A DNA stretch of 41,419 bases. Source: Candidatus Curtissbacteria bacterium (lineage in GTDB: Bacteria > Patescibacteriota > Microgenomatia > Curtissbacterales > GWA2-41-24). The stretch's first letter is position 1, and every line of letters starts with the position of its first letter. Below are positions 23,710 through 37,347 of this stretch, one piece after another. The notes under the pieces are model-generated. The model was not told where the DNA came from. It did no database searches and saw only the letters and a list, made by a program, of their open reading frames with translations. Made by a program: the position numbers and the translations under genes. The stretch covers positions 1 through 41,419 of the forward strand of contig JAUYIQ010000056.1 in the NCBI GenBank assembly GCA_030688205.1, written 5' to 3'.

Positions 23710-24645
23710 ATGATTTTTAGTCTGTCCGATTTGATTGAAGAATTTCTGGAATATTTGGAAGTTGAGCGCAACCTTTCTCCTCTAACCATCCGCGATTACA
23801 AACATTACCTGAATTTTTTTAATGATTGGTCTCGTGCAAACGCGCCGGTTTCTAAACCATCGGATATTACTCTTGAACTGGTCCGCAAGTATAGAGTCTA
23901 TTTAGCCCATTTTAACAGTCCAAACGGTAATTTACCGCTCAAAAAAGTGACACAGAATTATTATGTGATTGCTCTGCGCTCTTTTCTCAAATACCTAATA
24001 AGGAAAGATATTGCCGTTGTTTCTCCGGACAAGATTGAATTACCAAAGACCGAATCGAGATCGCTTAAGTTTTTGGATCGTGAACAATTGGAGAGACTTT
24101 TAGCACAACCCGATATGTCCCGCGACCGCGGCGTAAGAGACAAAGCGATTATGGAGATGCTTTTTTCGACGGGTCTTCGTGTTTCTGAACTTTGCAAACT
24201 GGATCGGGATCAGGTAAATATCGACCGGAAGGAATTCGGAGTGATTGGCAAAGGCGGACGTGCAAGAGTTGTCTTTTTATCGGATCGAGCTGCCATTTGG
24301 CTGGAAAAATACGTAGCGAGACGTGCGGATAGTTTTAAGCCACTTTTTATTCGCTATTCAGGGAATCAAGAACCGACTGTAAATGGTGAGCAGATGAGGC
24401 TGACTTCCCGTTCGGTGCAGCGATTAGTTGATAAATACTGCCGTCGTGCACGCTTGCCTGTGAAGATAAGCCCCCATGGTATCCGCCATTCGTTTGCAAC
24501 GGATTTATTGTTAAACGGTGCAGATTTGAGGAGCGTTCAGGAGATGCTTGGTCATAAAAATGTTTCCACGACGCAAATATACACTCACGTTACCAATGCA
24601 CAACTTCGGGACGTGCATAGGGCATTTCATGGTGGAAACAAATAA
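23710..24645 (+). CDS. xerC: site-specific tyrosine recombinase, XerC/XerD family
   Basis: SAM-like N-domain. Catalytic region RDKAIMEMLFSTGLRVSEL ... HGIRHSFATDLL ... LGHKNVSTTQIYTHV. Confidence 0.9.
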   Translation: MIFSLSDLIEEFLEYLEVERNLSPLTIRDYKHYLNFFNDWSRANAPVSKPSDITLELVRKYRVYLAHFNSPNGNLPLKKVTQNYYVIALRSFLKYLIRKDIAVVSPDKIELPKTESRSLKFLDREQLERLLAQPDMSRDRGVRDKAIMEMLFSTGLRVSELCKLDRDQVNIDRKEFGVIGKGGRARVVFLSDRAAIWLEKYVARRADSFKPLFIRYSGNQEPTVNGEQMRLTSRSVQRLVDKYCRRARLPVKISPHGIRHSFATDLLLNGADLRSVQEMLGHKNVSTTQIYTHVTNAQLRDVHRAFHGGNK

Positions 24646-24663
24646 TTTCTAAATCTTTGCTTT

Positions 24664-25491
24664 TTAGATTCCGTATGCTGAAAGCTGGGAGTTACCGACG
24701 CGGGTTCGGTTAAGAGACATAATGAAAGAATCGCACTGCGTTTGGCCCTGAATTGTGGAAAGAGCTGCAATATAGTCGTTTTCCTGTAAGAACTTTGTTG
24801 CAGTGACTGCTCCATATGGATATCCAAAAATAGTAGTGTTTTGGCCAATATCCGCAAGTTGTTTTTTGGCTGTGAGAACCTCAAAGGAAATTTTTTCTTG
24901 ATTAACCGCGCCCAGATTTGTATGTGAATATGTGTGGTTTATTGTCGATATTAGTCCAGTCGATAATGCTGCTTTGAGCTGGTCGCCTGACATGTAATCG
25001 GGATTATTTAAGAGTCCGGTTGGTATTAAAAAATCTGCGTGCATTTGATATTTTTGCAGGATTGGCAGAGCGTAAGTATATGCGTCCTGGTATCCGTCGT
25101 CTAAGGTGATTACGATACTTTTTGCGGGGGGTGAACTGTGGTTGATTAGAGATTGTGCAAGTTGACTGGTACTGATGGTTGTGTAGCCTTTTGATTTTAA
25201 GTAGGCCAAATGGGCATCGAATGTGTCGCTGTCAACGGTGAAAGCTGTTTGCCACTTAGCTTTCGCTTGCGACCACGGTTGAATGTGATGATACATGAGG
25301 ATGGGTACTTGTAGACAGAAGCCCGTGAATTCAGGTTCCGGTGAAGGGCTGGGAGCAGTTGAGGGCTCCACGACAGGTTCTTTTTGGGCTAAAACTTCCG
25401 AAGGGTGCGGGTTTGCGGAAGCGTTTAATAAGCTGACGAGAGACAATATTGATAAGAAGACGGGCAGGAAGTAAATTAACTTCCTGTTCAT
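24664..25491 (-). CDS. secreted polysaccharide deacetylase (NodB/CE4 domain)
   Basis: Signal peptide/TM, then VPILMYHHI and ITLDDGYQDAY (NodB motif 1). Confidence 0.85.
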   Translation of the reverse strand: MNRKLIYFLPVFLSILSLVSLLNASANPHPSEVLAQKEPVVEPSTAPSPSPEPEFTGFCLQVPILMYHHIQPWSQAKAKWQTAFTVDSDTFDAHLAYLKSKGYTTISTSQLAQSLINHSSPPAKSIVITLDDGYQDAYTYALPILQKYQMHADFLIPTGLLNNPDYMSGDQLKAALSTGLISTINHTYSHTNLGAVNQEKISFEVLTAKKQLADIGQNTTIFGYPYGAVTATKFLQENDYIAALSTIQGQTQCDSFIMSLNRTRVGNSQLSAYGI

Positions 25492-25499
25492 GATGCTGG

Positions 25500-25528
25500 A
25501 TTATGCCTGAACGGACTACAATTTGCAA
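25500..25528 (-). promoter_or_regulatory. promoter TTGCAA-17 nt-CATAAT, 8 nt upstream of ATG 25491 (leaderless geometry)
   Basis: The -35 at 25523-25528 abuts the carB stop codon. -10 at 25500-25505. Confidence 0.55.
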
Positions 25529-28500
25529 CTAGTTTCTATGGGTGACGTATGAGCTCCATGGTAGGGCTTTTAGGTCCTCGAGTTTTTTCTCGGAGATGCT
25601 TCTTGCGAAAAGTTCTGCGGTTTGCATGTTTGTCAGAAGCGGAATGCCAAAATCCACTGTTGTACGTCTTATTACATAGTCGTCGTCAAATTCAGTTTTA
25701 AAGTACGGGTCGACGACGTTTATGACAAGGTCGATTTTCTTTTGAAGAAGATAGTCCAGAACATTTGGTTTTTTCTTTTCGTGGATTTTATGAAGTTTTT
25801 CAGACATAATTTTATGTGAATTTAGAAAAGCTGATGTGCCTTCTGTTGCATATATTTTTAGACCCATTTGATCAAGAATCTTGGCACTTGTGAGGAACTT
25901 CAATTTATTCTCTTCGCCGGCAAGGGAAATAAAAACTGATTTTTTGGGCATTTTTACCCCGGTTGCAATTATGGATTTAAGAAATGCTTCAGAAATATCA
26001 TTTCCAAAACATGCGACTTCACCGGTTGATGACATCTCGACTCTCAGAATCGGGTCTGCGCCTTTCACCCTTGAAAAAGAGAACTGCGGAGCTTTGACAC
26101 CAACGTAAGAAATTCCATTAGTAGCATTGGCAACGTCGCTCGGGGTCCTGTCATCAGTTTCCATCCCGCCAGTGCTCGTCGACTTAACGCTTGATGTGTT
26201 AGGTTGATTCCATTTGGTTGACTGCGCGCTGTCGGGAGCCCTCCCACTGATGCCACCCCTCGCGAGAATTGCTTCAGTTGCGATTTTTACGAAGTTTACT
26301 CCGGTTACTTTTGAAACAAATGGCAGGCTTCTTGATGCACGAAGATTGCACTCAATTACCATTACCTTGTTGTCTTTTGCAAGGAATTGAATGTTGAAAG
26401 GGCCCGTTATTTTAAGAGAGCTTGTAATTTTTTCGGTGATTGCCAGTATTTGCTTTTCTGTTTCGAGATAAATCTTCTGTGCCGGTAGAACCATTGTTGC
26501 GTCCCCTGAATGAACCCCGGCATTTTCTACGTGTTCTGAGATTGCATAGGTTAGCACACTTCCTCTGTTTGCGATGGCGTCTATTTCGATTTCTTTAGTA
26601 TTTTCAAAATACTTTGAGATAACAACCGGATATTTTTCTGAAATGTTCGATGCAAGTTTGAGATAGTTTTTGAGGTCTTCCTCGTTAAAGGCGACATTCA
26701 TTGCTGCTCCTGAAAGAACATATGACGGTCTAACCAGAACGGGAAAACTAACTTTTTGGGCAAAGCTTATTGCTTCTTTTATGTTTTTAAGCATGGCCCA
26801 CGGAGGTTGATCTATTTCCAAAGTATCGCAAAGTTTAGAAAACTTATTGCGGTCTTCTGCCTGGTCGATAGAGCCTGGGCTTGTCCCTAAAATTCTGGCA
26901 CCGGCAGCTGCAAGATCCATCACCAAATTGTTAGGAGTTTGGCCTCCCATTGAAACTATAATGCCTTGCGGGTTTTCCTTTTTGTATATTTCCATAACCG
27001 CTTCTTTAGAAAGTTCTTCGAAGTAAAGTTTTTTAGCCATGTCAAAATCTGTTGAAACAGTTTCCGGATTGCAATTGATGATAATTGGAGAAAACCCAAG
27101 ACTTTGTGCCGTTTGGGCGCAGGTTACGCTACACCAATCAAATTCTACGGAGGAGCCAATTCGGTAAGGTCCGGAGCCAAGAACAATAATAGATTTTGGA
27201 TTTTGGATTTTGGATTTTGGATCTATGTCGTCACAGTCCCCGTTATATGTGAGGTATAGATAATTGGTTTCTGCAGGATATTCTGCAGCAAGGGTGTCGA
27301 TTTGTTTTGCCGCGGGGTGAATGTTAAATTTATGTCTTTGTTCTCTTATGTTTCCTTCAGTGGTGTTTTTTAACTGTGCAAGTCGCATATCGGCGAAGCC
27401 GTATTGTTTTGCTTTTTGCAAAAGTTCTCTGTCCAGTTTGGATTTTTGGATTTCTTTTTCTAAATTAGCGATGTTTTTAATTTTTTCCAGAAAGAAAGGA
27501 TCTATGCCGGTTTTTTTGTATATATCTGGAATTTGTATGCCCGTCTTAATGGCTCTTGCTACGGCGAACAGTCTTGTTGGTGTAGGAGTTTCCCAGTCAT
27601 CTTCCTGATTCTTTTCGTCTAAGAGTCCCGTAAGACCAAGATCGAGCATGCGTACTGCTTTTTGAAGCGCTTCTTCAAACTTTCTTCCAATTGCCATAAC
27701 CTCACCTACTGATTGCATATAGGAGCCTATTCGATAATCGCTTTTTTGGAATTTGCCAAGATCCCATCTGGGGAATTTAACGACTATGTAATCGAGGGCC
27801 GGTTCGAAAGCGGCTGTAGTCTTTTTGGTGACTGAGTTTTTAAGTTCGGTTAAGCCATATCCGAGCCCGAGTTTTGCTGCAATGTATGCTAGTGGATATC
27901 CGGTGGCTTTTGATGCCAAAGCTGAGCTTCTGGATAAGCGGGCGTTGACTTCAATGATACGGTAATCAGGAGAATAGTTGCCAGTATCCAGGGACCAGTC
28001 ATGACTTTTTTTCTTTCCGGTCTCTGGTCTCTGGTCTCTATTTACTGGCTGTGGATTCAAAGCGAATTGGATATTGCACTCGCCTACTATTCCCAAATGC
28101 CTTATTACTTTTATGGCAATTTCCCGAAGCGTGTGATATTCGTTGTTGTTTAGTGTTTGTGAGGGGGCAACTACGATAGATTCACCGGTGTGGATTCCCA
28201 TCGGATCGACGTTTTCCATGTTGCAGACCGTTATGCAGTTATCGTATTTGTCCCGGACTACCTCGTACTCTATTTCTTTCCAGCCGGCTAGGTATTCTTC
28301 GATTAAAACCTGTGGAGATTTGGTAAGCGAACGGGTTATCGCTTCTTCCAAATCATTCATATTTGTAAAGACCCCTGAATCCTGTCCGCCGAGAGAGAAA
28401 GCGCTTCTTACAATAACCGGGAAGCCTATTTTTTTAATTGCTTCTTTGGCTTTTTGAATTGAATGTACGGCAGCGCTTTTTGGGATTGCCAGATCAATAC

Positions 28501-28891
28501 TTTGCAGCATTTTGGCAAAGAGCGCGCGGTCTTCTGTTATTTCGATTGCAGAGATCCCGGTTCCCAGAACTTTTACGTTATATTTTTTCAAAACTCCTGA
28601 TTTTGCAAGAGCAAGGCCGCAGTTAAGAGCTGTTTGACCGCCAAAAGAAAGCAGGATTCCATCTGGTTTTTCGCGCTTTATTACCTCTTCTACAAAGTGT
28701 GGTTCGACGGGAAGAAAGTAAACCTGGTCGGCAAAATCTTTTGAAGTTTGGATGGTTGCTATGTTTGGATTGATTAGAATTACTTCGGCCCCCTCTTCTT
28801 TCAAAGCTTTAATAGCTTGCGAGCCGGAATAATCGAATTCTCCGGCTTGGCCGATTTTCAAGGCACCTGATCCTAGTAATAAAACTTTCAT
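25529..28891 (-). CDS. carB: carbamoyl-phosphate synthase large subunit, with lineage-specific insertions
   Basis: 1120 aa. Two ATP-grasp halves (IEVNARLSRSSALASKATGYPLA; ECNLRASRSLPFVSKVTG). ATGA overlap with carA. Confidence 0.96.
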   Translation of the reverse strand: MKVLLLGSGALKIGQAGEFDYSGSQAIKALKEEGAEVILINPNIATIQTSKDFADQVYFLPVEPHFVEEVIKREKPDGILLSFGGQTALNCGLALAKSGVLKKYNVKVLGTGISAIEITEDRALFAKMLQSIDLAIPKSAAVHSIQKAKEAIKKIGFPVIVRSAFSLGGQDSGVFTNMNDLEEAITRSLTKSPQVLIEEYLAGWKEIEYEVVRDKYDNCITVCNMENVDPMGIHTGESIVVAPSQTLNNNEYHTLREIAIKVIRHLGIVGECNIQFALNPQPVNRDQRPETGKKKSHDWSLDTGNYSPDYRIIEVNARLSRSSALASKATGYPLAYIAAKLGLGYGLTELKNSVTKKTTAAFEPALDYIVVKFPRWDLGKFQKSDYRIGSYMQSVGEVMAIGRKFEEALQKAVRMLDLGLTGLLDEKNQEDDWETPTPTRLFAVARAIKTGIQIPDIYKKTGIDPFFLEKIKNIANLEKEIQKSKLDRELLQKAKQYGFADMRLAQLKNTTEGNIREQRHKFNIHPAAKQIDTLAAEYPAETNYLYLTYNGDCDDIDPKSKIQNPKSIIVLGSGPYRIGSSVEFDWCSVTCAQTAQSLGFSPIIINCNPETVSTDFDMAKKLYFEELSKEAVMEIYKKENPQGIIVSMGGQTPNNLVMDLAAAGARILGTSPGSIDQAEDRNKFSKLCDTLEIDQPPWAMLKNIKEAISFAQKVSFPVLVRPSYVLSGAAMNVAFNEEDLKNYLKLASNISEKYPVVISKYFENTKEIEIDAIANRGSVLTYAISEHVENAGVHSGDATMVLPAQKIYLETEKQILAITEKITSSLKITGPFNIQFLAKDNKVMVIECNLRASRSLPFVSKVTGVNFVKIATEAILARGGISGRAPDSAQSTKWNQPNTSSVKSTSTGGMETDDRTPSDVANATNGISYVGVKAPQFSFSRVKGADPILRVEMSSTGEVACFGNDISEAFLKSIIATGVKMPKKSVFISLAGEENKLKFLTSAKILDQMGLKIYATEGTSAFLNSHKIMSEKLHKIHEKKKPNVLDYLLQKKIDLVINVVDPYFKTEFDDDYVIRRTTVDFGIPLLTNMQTAELFARSISEKKLEDLKALPWSSYVTHRN
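27192..27219. repeat. perfect (GATTTTG)x4 heptamer array inside the carB coding sequence
   Basis: Read on the coding strand as (CAAAATC)x4, encoding DPKSKIQNPKS in the inter-domain linker. Confidence 0.9.
28019..28039. repeat. perfect (GGTCTCT)x3 heptamer array inside the carB coding sequence
   Basis: Coding strand (AGAGACC)x3 encodes RDQRPET, within an ~30-aa insert relative to the canonical F.LNP...IEVN.R block. Confidence 0.9.
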
Positions 28892-29931
28892 TTGAATTGC
28901 TCCATAAAGCGGTCGAATAAAAATTCGGTGTCTTTTGGGCCAGGGTTGTTTTCTGGGTGAAACTGAACTGAAAAAAATGGCAGTTTTTTGTGGATGATGC
29001 CTTCGTTTGTGTTGTCATTTGCGTTATAAAACCAGCGTTTGAAATCTTTGGGAAGTTTTTTTTCGTCAACTGCAAAACCGTGATTCTGGGTTGTAATGTA
29101 GCAGCGTTTTGTCCCAACTTGGATTGTCGGTTGGTTTTGAGCACGGTGTCCAAATTTGAGTTTGTAAGTATCGCCTCCTGCAGCAAGGGCTAAAAGTTGG
29201 TTGCCAAGACAAATCCCGAATGTAGGTATTTTGCGAGAGAGCGATTTTTTGATGATTGCAATTGATTCATCTGCCTTTTTCGGATCTCCGGGTCCGTTTG
29301 AAATCATAAGACCATCAATTGGTAAATTGTTTTCGAAAGGGTCGTAGTTCCATGGAAGTTCGAAAACGGTAGCTTCTCGAGATAGCAAGCTGCGAAGAAT
29401 ATTTTTCTTGGCACCGCAGTTGAGAAGTCCTATTTTTACTCTTCCTCCTTTGTGGATTTTTAAACTTTTTGGTGAAACTTGACTGACTAGGTTTTGTTCG
29501 TTAGGATCTGTGAGTTTGACATCATGGTCTACTACAATTTTCCCGAGCATTACGCCCTTTTCTCGCAGCTTTTGCGTGAGAGCACGGGTATCTATGCCGA
29601 AAATACCTGGGACACCTTCATCTTTTAGCCACTTATCTAATGTTCTTTCCGATTGCCAGTGAGACGGATGGGTTGTAAGGTCGCTTATTACTAGTCCCGC
29701 GACATGGATTTTTTCAGATTCCCAGACTTCTTTTGGCGGAACTCCCCAGTTTCCGATCAGGGGATATGTAAACGTTAGGATCTGTCCCGCGTAAGAAGGG
29801 TCTGTAAGTGAGAGATCGTAGCCAACCATTCCTGTTGCGAAAACGACTTCCCCTGCTTGAGATTTTGGTGCACCGAAGGATTGGCCTTCGAATATTGTAC
29901 CGTCTTCCAGAATTAGTTTGGCTTTTTTCAT
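28888..29931 (-). CDS. carA: carbamoyl-phosphate synthase small (glutaminase) subunit
   Basis: 347 aa. Class I amidotransferase motifs GICLGNQLL and FSVQFHPE. Confidence 0.96.
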   Translation of the reverse strand: MKKAKLILEDGTIFEGQSFGAPKSQAGEVVFATGMVGYDLSLTDPSYAGQILTFTYPLIGNWGVPPKEVWESEKIHVAGLVISDLTTHPSHWQSERTLDKWLKDEGVPGIFGIDTRALTQKLREKGVMLGKIVVDHDVKLTDPNEQNLVSQVSPKSLKIHKGGRVKIGLLNCGAKKNILRSLLSREATVFELPWNYDPFENNLPIDGLMISNGPGDPKKADESIAIIKKSLSRKIPTFGICLGNQLLALAAGGDTYKLKFGHRAQNQPTIQVGTKRCYITTQNHGFAVDEKKLPKDFKRWFYNANDNTNEGIIHKKLPFFSVQFHPENNPGPKDTEFLFDRFMEQFK

Positions 29932-29970
29932 TGGTTTAATCCCGTCACGAGATTTTTTGGTTGTGAGCTC

Positions 29971-29995
29971 AAAAAAAGAAGCCCCGAGAGGCTTC
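29971..29995 (-). terminator. intrinsic terminator downstream of gyrA
   Basis: Minus strand: GAAGCC-tctcgg-GGCTTC followed by T7. Confidence 0.7.
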
Positions 29996-30048
29996 CTATC
30001 TTTATACCAACTTCCTTAATATCTATGCGCATTTATTAAACATAGATT

Positions 30049-32568
30049 TTAACTTTTTTTGGCATTTTTGACAACTTTTGGTGGGGTTGGAATCTGCGCT
30101 TTCACTTCTTCTTCGTCTTTCCTTTTCTGGATAACAGTTGTTGCTGCCACTTTGTCTGCAAGCCCAAGTCGCATAACAATGACTCCTTGCGTGTCTCGGG
30201 TTAAGCGTGGAATTGAACGCAGAGTTGTTCTTATCACTTGACCTTTTTGTGAAGTGATAATGAGGGCTTCGTCGTCTTTTGTTAGGACTTGTGCCGTTAC
30301 AATGTCACCCGTTTTTTCTGTAAGGTTTGCAACTTTTACTCCAACGCCTCCGCGCAGTTGTTTTGGCCAGCCAATGACCTGGGTCTTTTTGCCTATTCCT
30401 TTTTCTGTAACTACGAGTAAATCCGCTTTGTCATCGTCTCGGGATATTACGTCCATTCCAACTAACTCGTCTCCGGCTTTAATTTTAATGCCACGAACTC
30501 CCATTGTGTCTCGGGCCATCGGGCGTACGTCTTTCTCGTCGAATTTAATAGATAGTCCTTTTTTGGAAACCATAAAGACTAAATCCGAGCCGGATGTCAT
30601 TTTTGCCCATCTGAGCTTGTCACCTGGAACTAGCTTAATTGCAATTATTCCGGTTCTTCTTATTGCCTCGTACGCGGTGATCGCAGTTTTTTTAATAGTG
30701 CCGTTTTTGGTGGCCATCATCACAAAGTTTGCCTCCGTTTTTTGCTGGTTTTTAGATTTTTTGACAGGTAAAATCGAAAGAATTTTTTCCTCTTGTTGAA
30801 GTTCCAGGAGATTAACAACAGCAACACCTTTGGCAACACGGGAAGAATCCGGGAGCTCATACACTTTTAATTGGAAGACACGGCCGCGGTCGGTAAAGAA
30901 AAGAAGGTTATCGTGGGCATTGGCTACGAAAAGCTGGGCAACTACATCTTCTTCTTTGGTTGTTATTCCGGTTACTCCTTTACCGCCTCTTCGCTGAGTT
31001 CTAAAAGACCCAATGTCCTGCCTTTTTATATATCCACCTTGAGTGATGGTAACTATCGTTGGTTCGTTAGGGATTAAGTCTTCTTCCGAGAACTCACCTA
31101 TTTTTTGTTTGTAAACTTTTGTTCTTCTCTCGTCTCCGAAGCGTTCTTTTAATTTTAATAGTTCGCTTTTGGCAACTTCTAAAATCTTTTCGGGATGCGC
31201 AAGCAGATCTTCCAGGTATGCAATTTCTTCTCTTGTCATAGCCAACTCCTCTTCTATTTTTTGTCTTTCCAATGCTGCCAGACGTTTGAGCTGCATGTCC
31301 AAAATTGCCAGAGATTGAAGTTCCGACAACTTGAACTTGCGCATGAGGTTTTCTTTTGCGTCACTTTGGTCTTTACTCTTTTTGATTGTTTCGATAACTT
31401 CGTCAATGTTGTCGACTGCGATTTTCAATCCTTCCAGGATGTGTTCTCTGGCTTTTGCAGAGTCGAGGTCAAATTGGCTCCTTCTGGTGATTACACTTTG
31501 TCTGTGCTTTATAAACTCTTCCAAAATCATCTTGAGGGTAAGAGTTTGTGGTATGCCTTTTACGAGGGCGACCATGTTGACAGAGAAGGAACCTTGCAGT
31601 GCAGTGTGTTTGTAGAGATTATTCAAAACAGACTGTGGTCTAGCATCTCGTTTGAGTTCGACGACTACTCGAAGGCCTTTTCTGTCGGATTCGTCGCGAA
31701 GATCTGAAATGCCTTCCATTTTCTTGTCTTTAACTAGCTCTGCAATTCTGGTTACAAGAGTTGCTTTGTTCACCTGATACGGAATTTCGGTGACTATGAT
31801 TTGGAACTTGCCGCTTATTGATTCTTCAATTTCTGCTTTTGCTCTCATCAAGACTCTCCCTCTGCCAGTTGCGTAGGCTGCCGTTATTTCTGATGCGTCA
31901 TAAATCTGGGCGCCTGTCGGGAAATCAGGGCCTTTGACAAATTGCATAAGGTCTTCGACTGTTGCTGCCGGATTCTTTATCAAGTGAATTGTGGCGTCGA
32001 CGATTTCGTTTAGATTGTGAGGAGGTATGTTTGTTGCCATGCCGACTGCGATTCCCGAGGTGCCATTAACTAAAAGATTTGGAAGGGCTGAGGGCATAAA
32101 CGTTGGTTCTTTGAGGGTGCCGTCGAAATTGTCCACGAAGTCGACTGTGTTTTTGTCCAAGTCGTAGAGGAGGGTTTCTGAAATCAAGGCTAGCCGACAT
32201 TCTGTATAACGCATTGCTGCCGGCGGATCTCCGTCGACAGATCCGAAGTTGCCTTGACCGTCTATTATGGGGTTTCGCATAGCAAAACTTTGGGCCATGC
32301 GGACTAATGCTTCGTAAACAGGAGCATCTCCGTGAGGGTGGAATTTTCCGAGGACTTCACCGACCACCTTGGCGCTTTTGCTGTAATGTGCGCTGTGGGC
32401 CAGCCCGAGACGATGCATGGCATAGACAATTCGACGGTGAACCGGTTTTAAGCCGTCGCGCACATCAGGCAGTGCTCTTGCGACTATTACCGACATTGCG
32501 TAGTCCAGGTAGGACTTTTGCATCTCGTCGATTATTTCTACTTGTTGGATTTTACCGATATCAGCCAT
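30049..32568 (-). CDS. gyrA: DNA gyrase subunit A
   Basis: 839 aa. [16 protein letters not shown] and AAMRYTE (active-site Tyr) motifs, plus a C-terminal beta-pinwheel. Confidence 0.97.
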   Translation of the reverse strand: MADIGKIQQVEIIDEMQKSYLDYAMSVIVARALPDVRDGLKPVHRRIVYAMHRLGLAHSAHYSKSAKVVGEVLGKFHPHGDAPVYEALVRMAQSFAMRNPIIDGQGNFGSVDGDPPAAMRYTECRLALISETLLYDLDKNTVDFVDNFDGTLKEPTFMPSALPNLLVNGTSGIAVGMATNIPPHNLNEIVDATIHLIKNPAATVEDLMQFVKGPDFPTGAQIYDASEITAAYATGRGRVLMRAKAEIEESISGKFQIIVTEIPYQVNKATLVTRIAELVKDKKMEGISDLRDESDRKGLRVVVELKRDARPQSVLNNLYKHTALQGSFSVNMVALVKGIPQTLTLKMILEEFIKHRQSVITRRSQFDLDSAKAREHILEGLKIAVDNIDEVIETIKKSKDQSDAKENLMRKFKLSELQSLAILDMQLKRLAALERQKIEEELAMTREEIAYLEDLLAHPEKILEVAKSELLKLKERFGDERRTKVYKQKIGEFSEEDLIPNEPTIVTITQGGYIKRQDIGSFRTQRRGGKGVTGITTKEEDVVAQLFVANAHDNLLFFTDRGRVFQLKVYELPDSSRVAKGVAVVNLLELQQEEKILSILPVKKSKNQQKTEANFVMMATKNGTIKKTAITAYEAIRRTGIIAIKLVPGDKLRWAKMTSGSDLVFMVSKKGLSIKFDEKDVRPMARDTMGVRGIKIKAGDELVGMDVISRDDDKADLLVVTEKGIGKKTQVIGWPKQLRGGVGVKVANLTEKTGDIVTAQVLTKDDEALIITSQKGQVIRTTLRSIPRLTRDTQGVIVMRLGLADKVAATTVIQKRKDEEEVKAQIPTPPKVVKNAKKS

Positions 32569-32569
32569 T

Positions 32570-33064
32570 TTAAGAGTTCATTGGTTTTAAGGTTTCGTCT
32601 AATGCATCAGTAAATTCAAATACCATTCCTGGAAGCCTTTCTTTGTCTTCAATAAGAGGATTCGTAATCGTTGTGGTTTTATGAGAGCTAAGCAGATATG
32701 TCTCTCTCACACCGAAGATGATTTTTGGTCCTTCTATCTCCGCATTAAGGTAAATCGTCTGATTGTTTCTTACTTCGACACTTACTTCTATGCGCATAGC
32801 CATATTTTCTACTTCCTCCGGTGGTGTATCCTCTGGGAGGGATAGTTCGACCCAAACTTTTCTTGGGTCTTTAAAAAGTTTTGAAGTGTCAATTTGCCCG
32901 ACGTTTGGAGAGGCATAGAATGTTAAGTCTCCAGTTCCTGAGAGATGTATACACTCAGACCTAATTTTGCCCGAAGCGCCCTCTATTGCTTGATTAAAAG
33001 GCATAACTGGGTAATAAAAGCCAATTTCTTTTTGAGTCTGACTAGATTTTTCCGATTGATCCAT
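32570..33064 (-). CDS. hypothetical protein (gyrB-gyrA intervening gene 3)
   Basis: 164-aa ORF whose stop lies 1 nt before the gyrA ATG. No recognisable motif. Confidence 0.65.
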   Translation of the reverse strand: MDQSEKSSQTQKEIGFYYPVMPFNQAIEGASGKIRSECIHLSGTGDLTFYASPNVGQIDTSKLFKDPRKVWVELSLPEDTPPEEVENMAMRIEVSVEVRNNQTIYLNAEIEGPKIIFGVRETYLLSSHKTTTITNPLIEDKERLPGMVFEFTDALDETLKPMNS

Positions 33065-33066
33065 AG

Positions 33067-33390
33067 CTATACTAATTTTTTAAGTAATAAGCCGGATGTA
33101 GAGAGCAAAATCAGACCGATAACGATTTCTATGTATGGTGACGAAAGTCCTATTACGTTTGTGATGAAGTTTTCGACACCTAGTGCAAACATGACAAGGC
33201 CGACAGTTCCCATAATGCCGGCAACTACTTGGCTGTTTTGAATTGTATAGACAGGTTTTTTTGCAAACTCGAGTGATTTAGTTGTAGCTTGGTCTACTGT
33301 AGTTTTTGAAAGCAGACCTGTGAGTCTTTTAGCTGTCTGTTCGGTTATTGGTTTTTGCTGTAAATCGTGTTGCATTTTATTTCTCATCAA
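33067..33390 (-). CDS. hypothetical small membrane protein (gyrB-gyrA intervening gene 2)
   Basis: 107 aa. Polar N-terminus and two C-terminal TM helices (VVAGIMGTVGLVMFALGV; IEIVIGLILLSTSGLLL). Overlaps the upstream ORF by 14 nt. Confidence 0.6.
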   Translation of the reverse strand: MMRNKMQHDLQQKPITEQTAKRLTGLLSKTTVDQATTKSLEFAKKPVYTIQNSQVVAGIMGTVGLVMFALGVENFITNVIGLSSPYIEIVIGLILLSTSGLLLKKLV

Positions 33391-33993
33391 TAGTGTTTCC
33401 TTTTCTTACCTGATCAAGCATGTAATTTAGTCTTTCGAAGTTTTGTCCATTTAATGGTCCTGTTGGTTCAATTATGCGTTCTGATGCCAGCTCAGGTTCT
33501 TTTTCAATAATTGTTACGTCTTCGTTTGGATATGCTTTAAGATACGACCATGAAGGGTGTTGTACTCTGTCAATGTCTGGTTCAAGAATTTGACGCCATT
33601 CTGTGACTTGAAAAGCTCTTCCCCGATTGGATAAGTACATAGTCAAAGCTTCGGTGTAGTAAAAGTCTCCATGCAGTGTGAGCTTGGCTATTTTTGGTCG
33701 GTAAGGATCTTTGGGATTTATTTCGATGGTCAGCCATCTTTCTCCCTTGTAAGATTTAAAGTTTGATGGAAATTCGTCCGTGTATTCTTCTAGTGGTTCT
33801 CGAATTTCATCAATCAATACTTTATCAGCTGTAACAAGTGAATATTCATCGTTTCTTCTGTCTGTTGTAAAAGCGTACTTTTTGCGATCTAATCCGTAGT
33901 CTATTGCTTTTTCTCTGAAGACTGCTGACCATGCTTTGAAATGGGCTTTCATGATATCTGGTTGTATTTCTAAATTTTCAGGTGACCTGTCCA

Positions 33994-33994
<1 letters not shown>
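33377..33994 (-). CDS. hypothetical protein (gyrB-gyrA intervening gene 1)
   Basis: 205-aa ORF. Its ATG overlaps the gyrB TAA by 1 nt (TAATG). No recognisable motif. Confidence 0.65.
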
Positions 33995-37265
<3,271 letters not shown>

Positions 37266-37289
37266 GTCAGGGAATTAGCTCAGAATCTA

Positions 37290-37317
37290 GTTTTACAGAA
37301 GCGGGCCATTCTGTCAA
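37290..37317 (-). promoter_or_regulatory. candidate gyrB promoter TTGACA-16 nt-TAAAAC
   Basis: Perfect -35 at 37312-37317 and -10 at 37290-37295 (minus strand), between the holB-like stop and gyrB. Confidence 0.5.
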
Positions 37318-37347
37318 TTTTACCAGATTTAGTGAGGCTATTGCAAG

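Noticed and set aside
23710-24645. The tyrosine recombinase as a marker of an integrated prophage or genomic island.
   Set aside because: It has the full XerC/XerD architecture and sits among housekeeping genes. There are no flanking att-like repeats, phage genes or adjacent tRNA, so chromosome dimer resolution is the simpler call.
24647-24672. Possible bidirectional terminator between the recombinase and deacetylase genes (TCTAAA...TTTAGA).
   Set aside because: The stem is only 6 bp and A/T-rich, with no U-tract on either strand. This is too weak to call.
30254-31707. Long antisense ORFs inside gyrA (181 aa at 30254-30799, 170 aa at 31195-31707, and others). Similar shadow ORFs occur opposite carB, gyrB, pilB and pilC (for example 41143-41415).
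   Set aside because: They lie opposite strongly conserved genes, have no RBS or promoter context, and have skewed, low-complexity composition. They are typical shadow ORFs.
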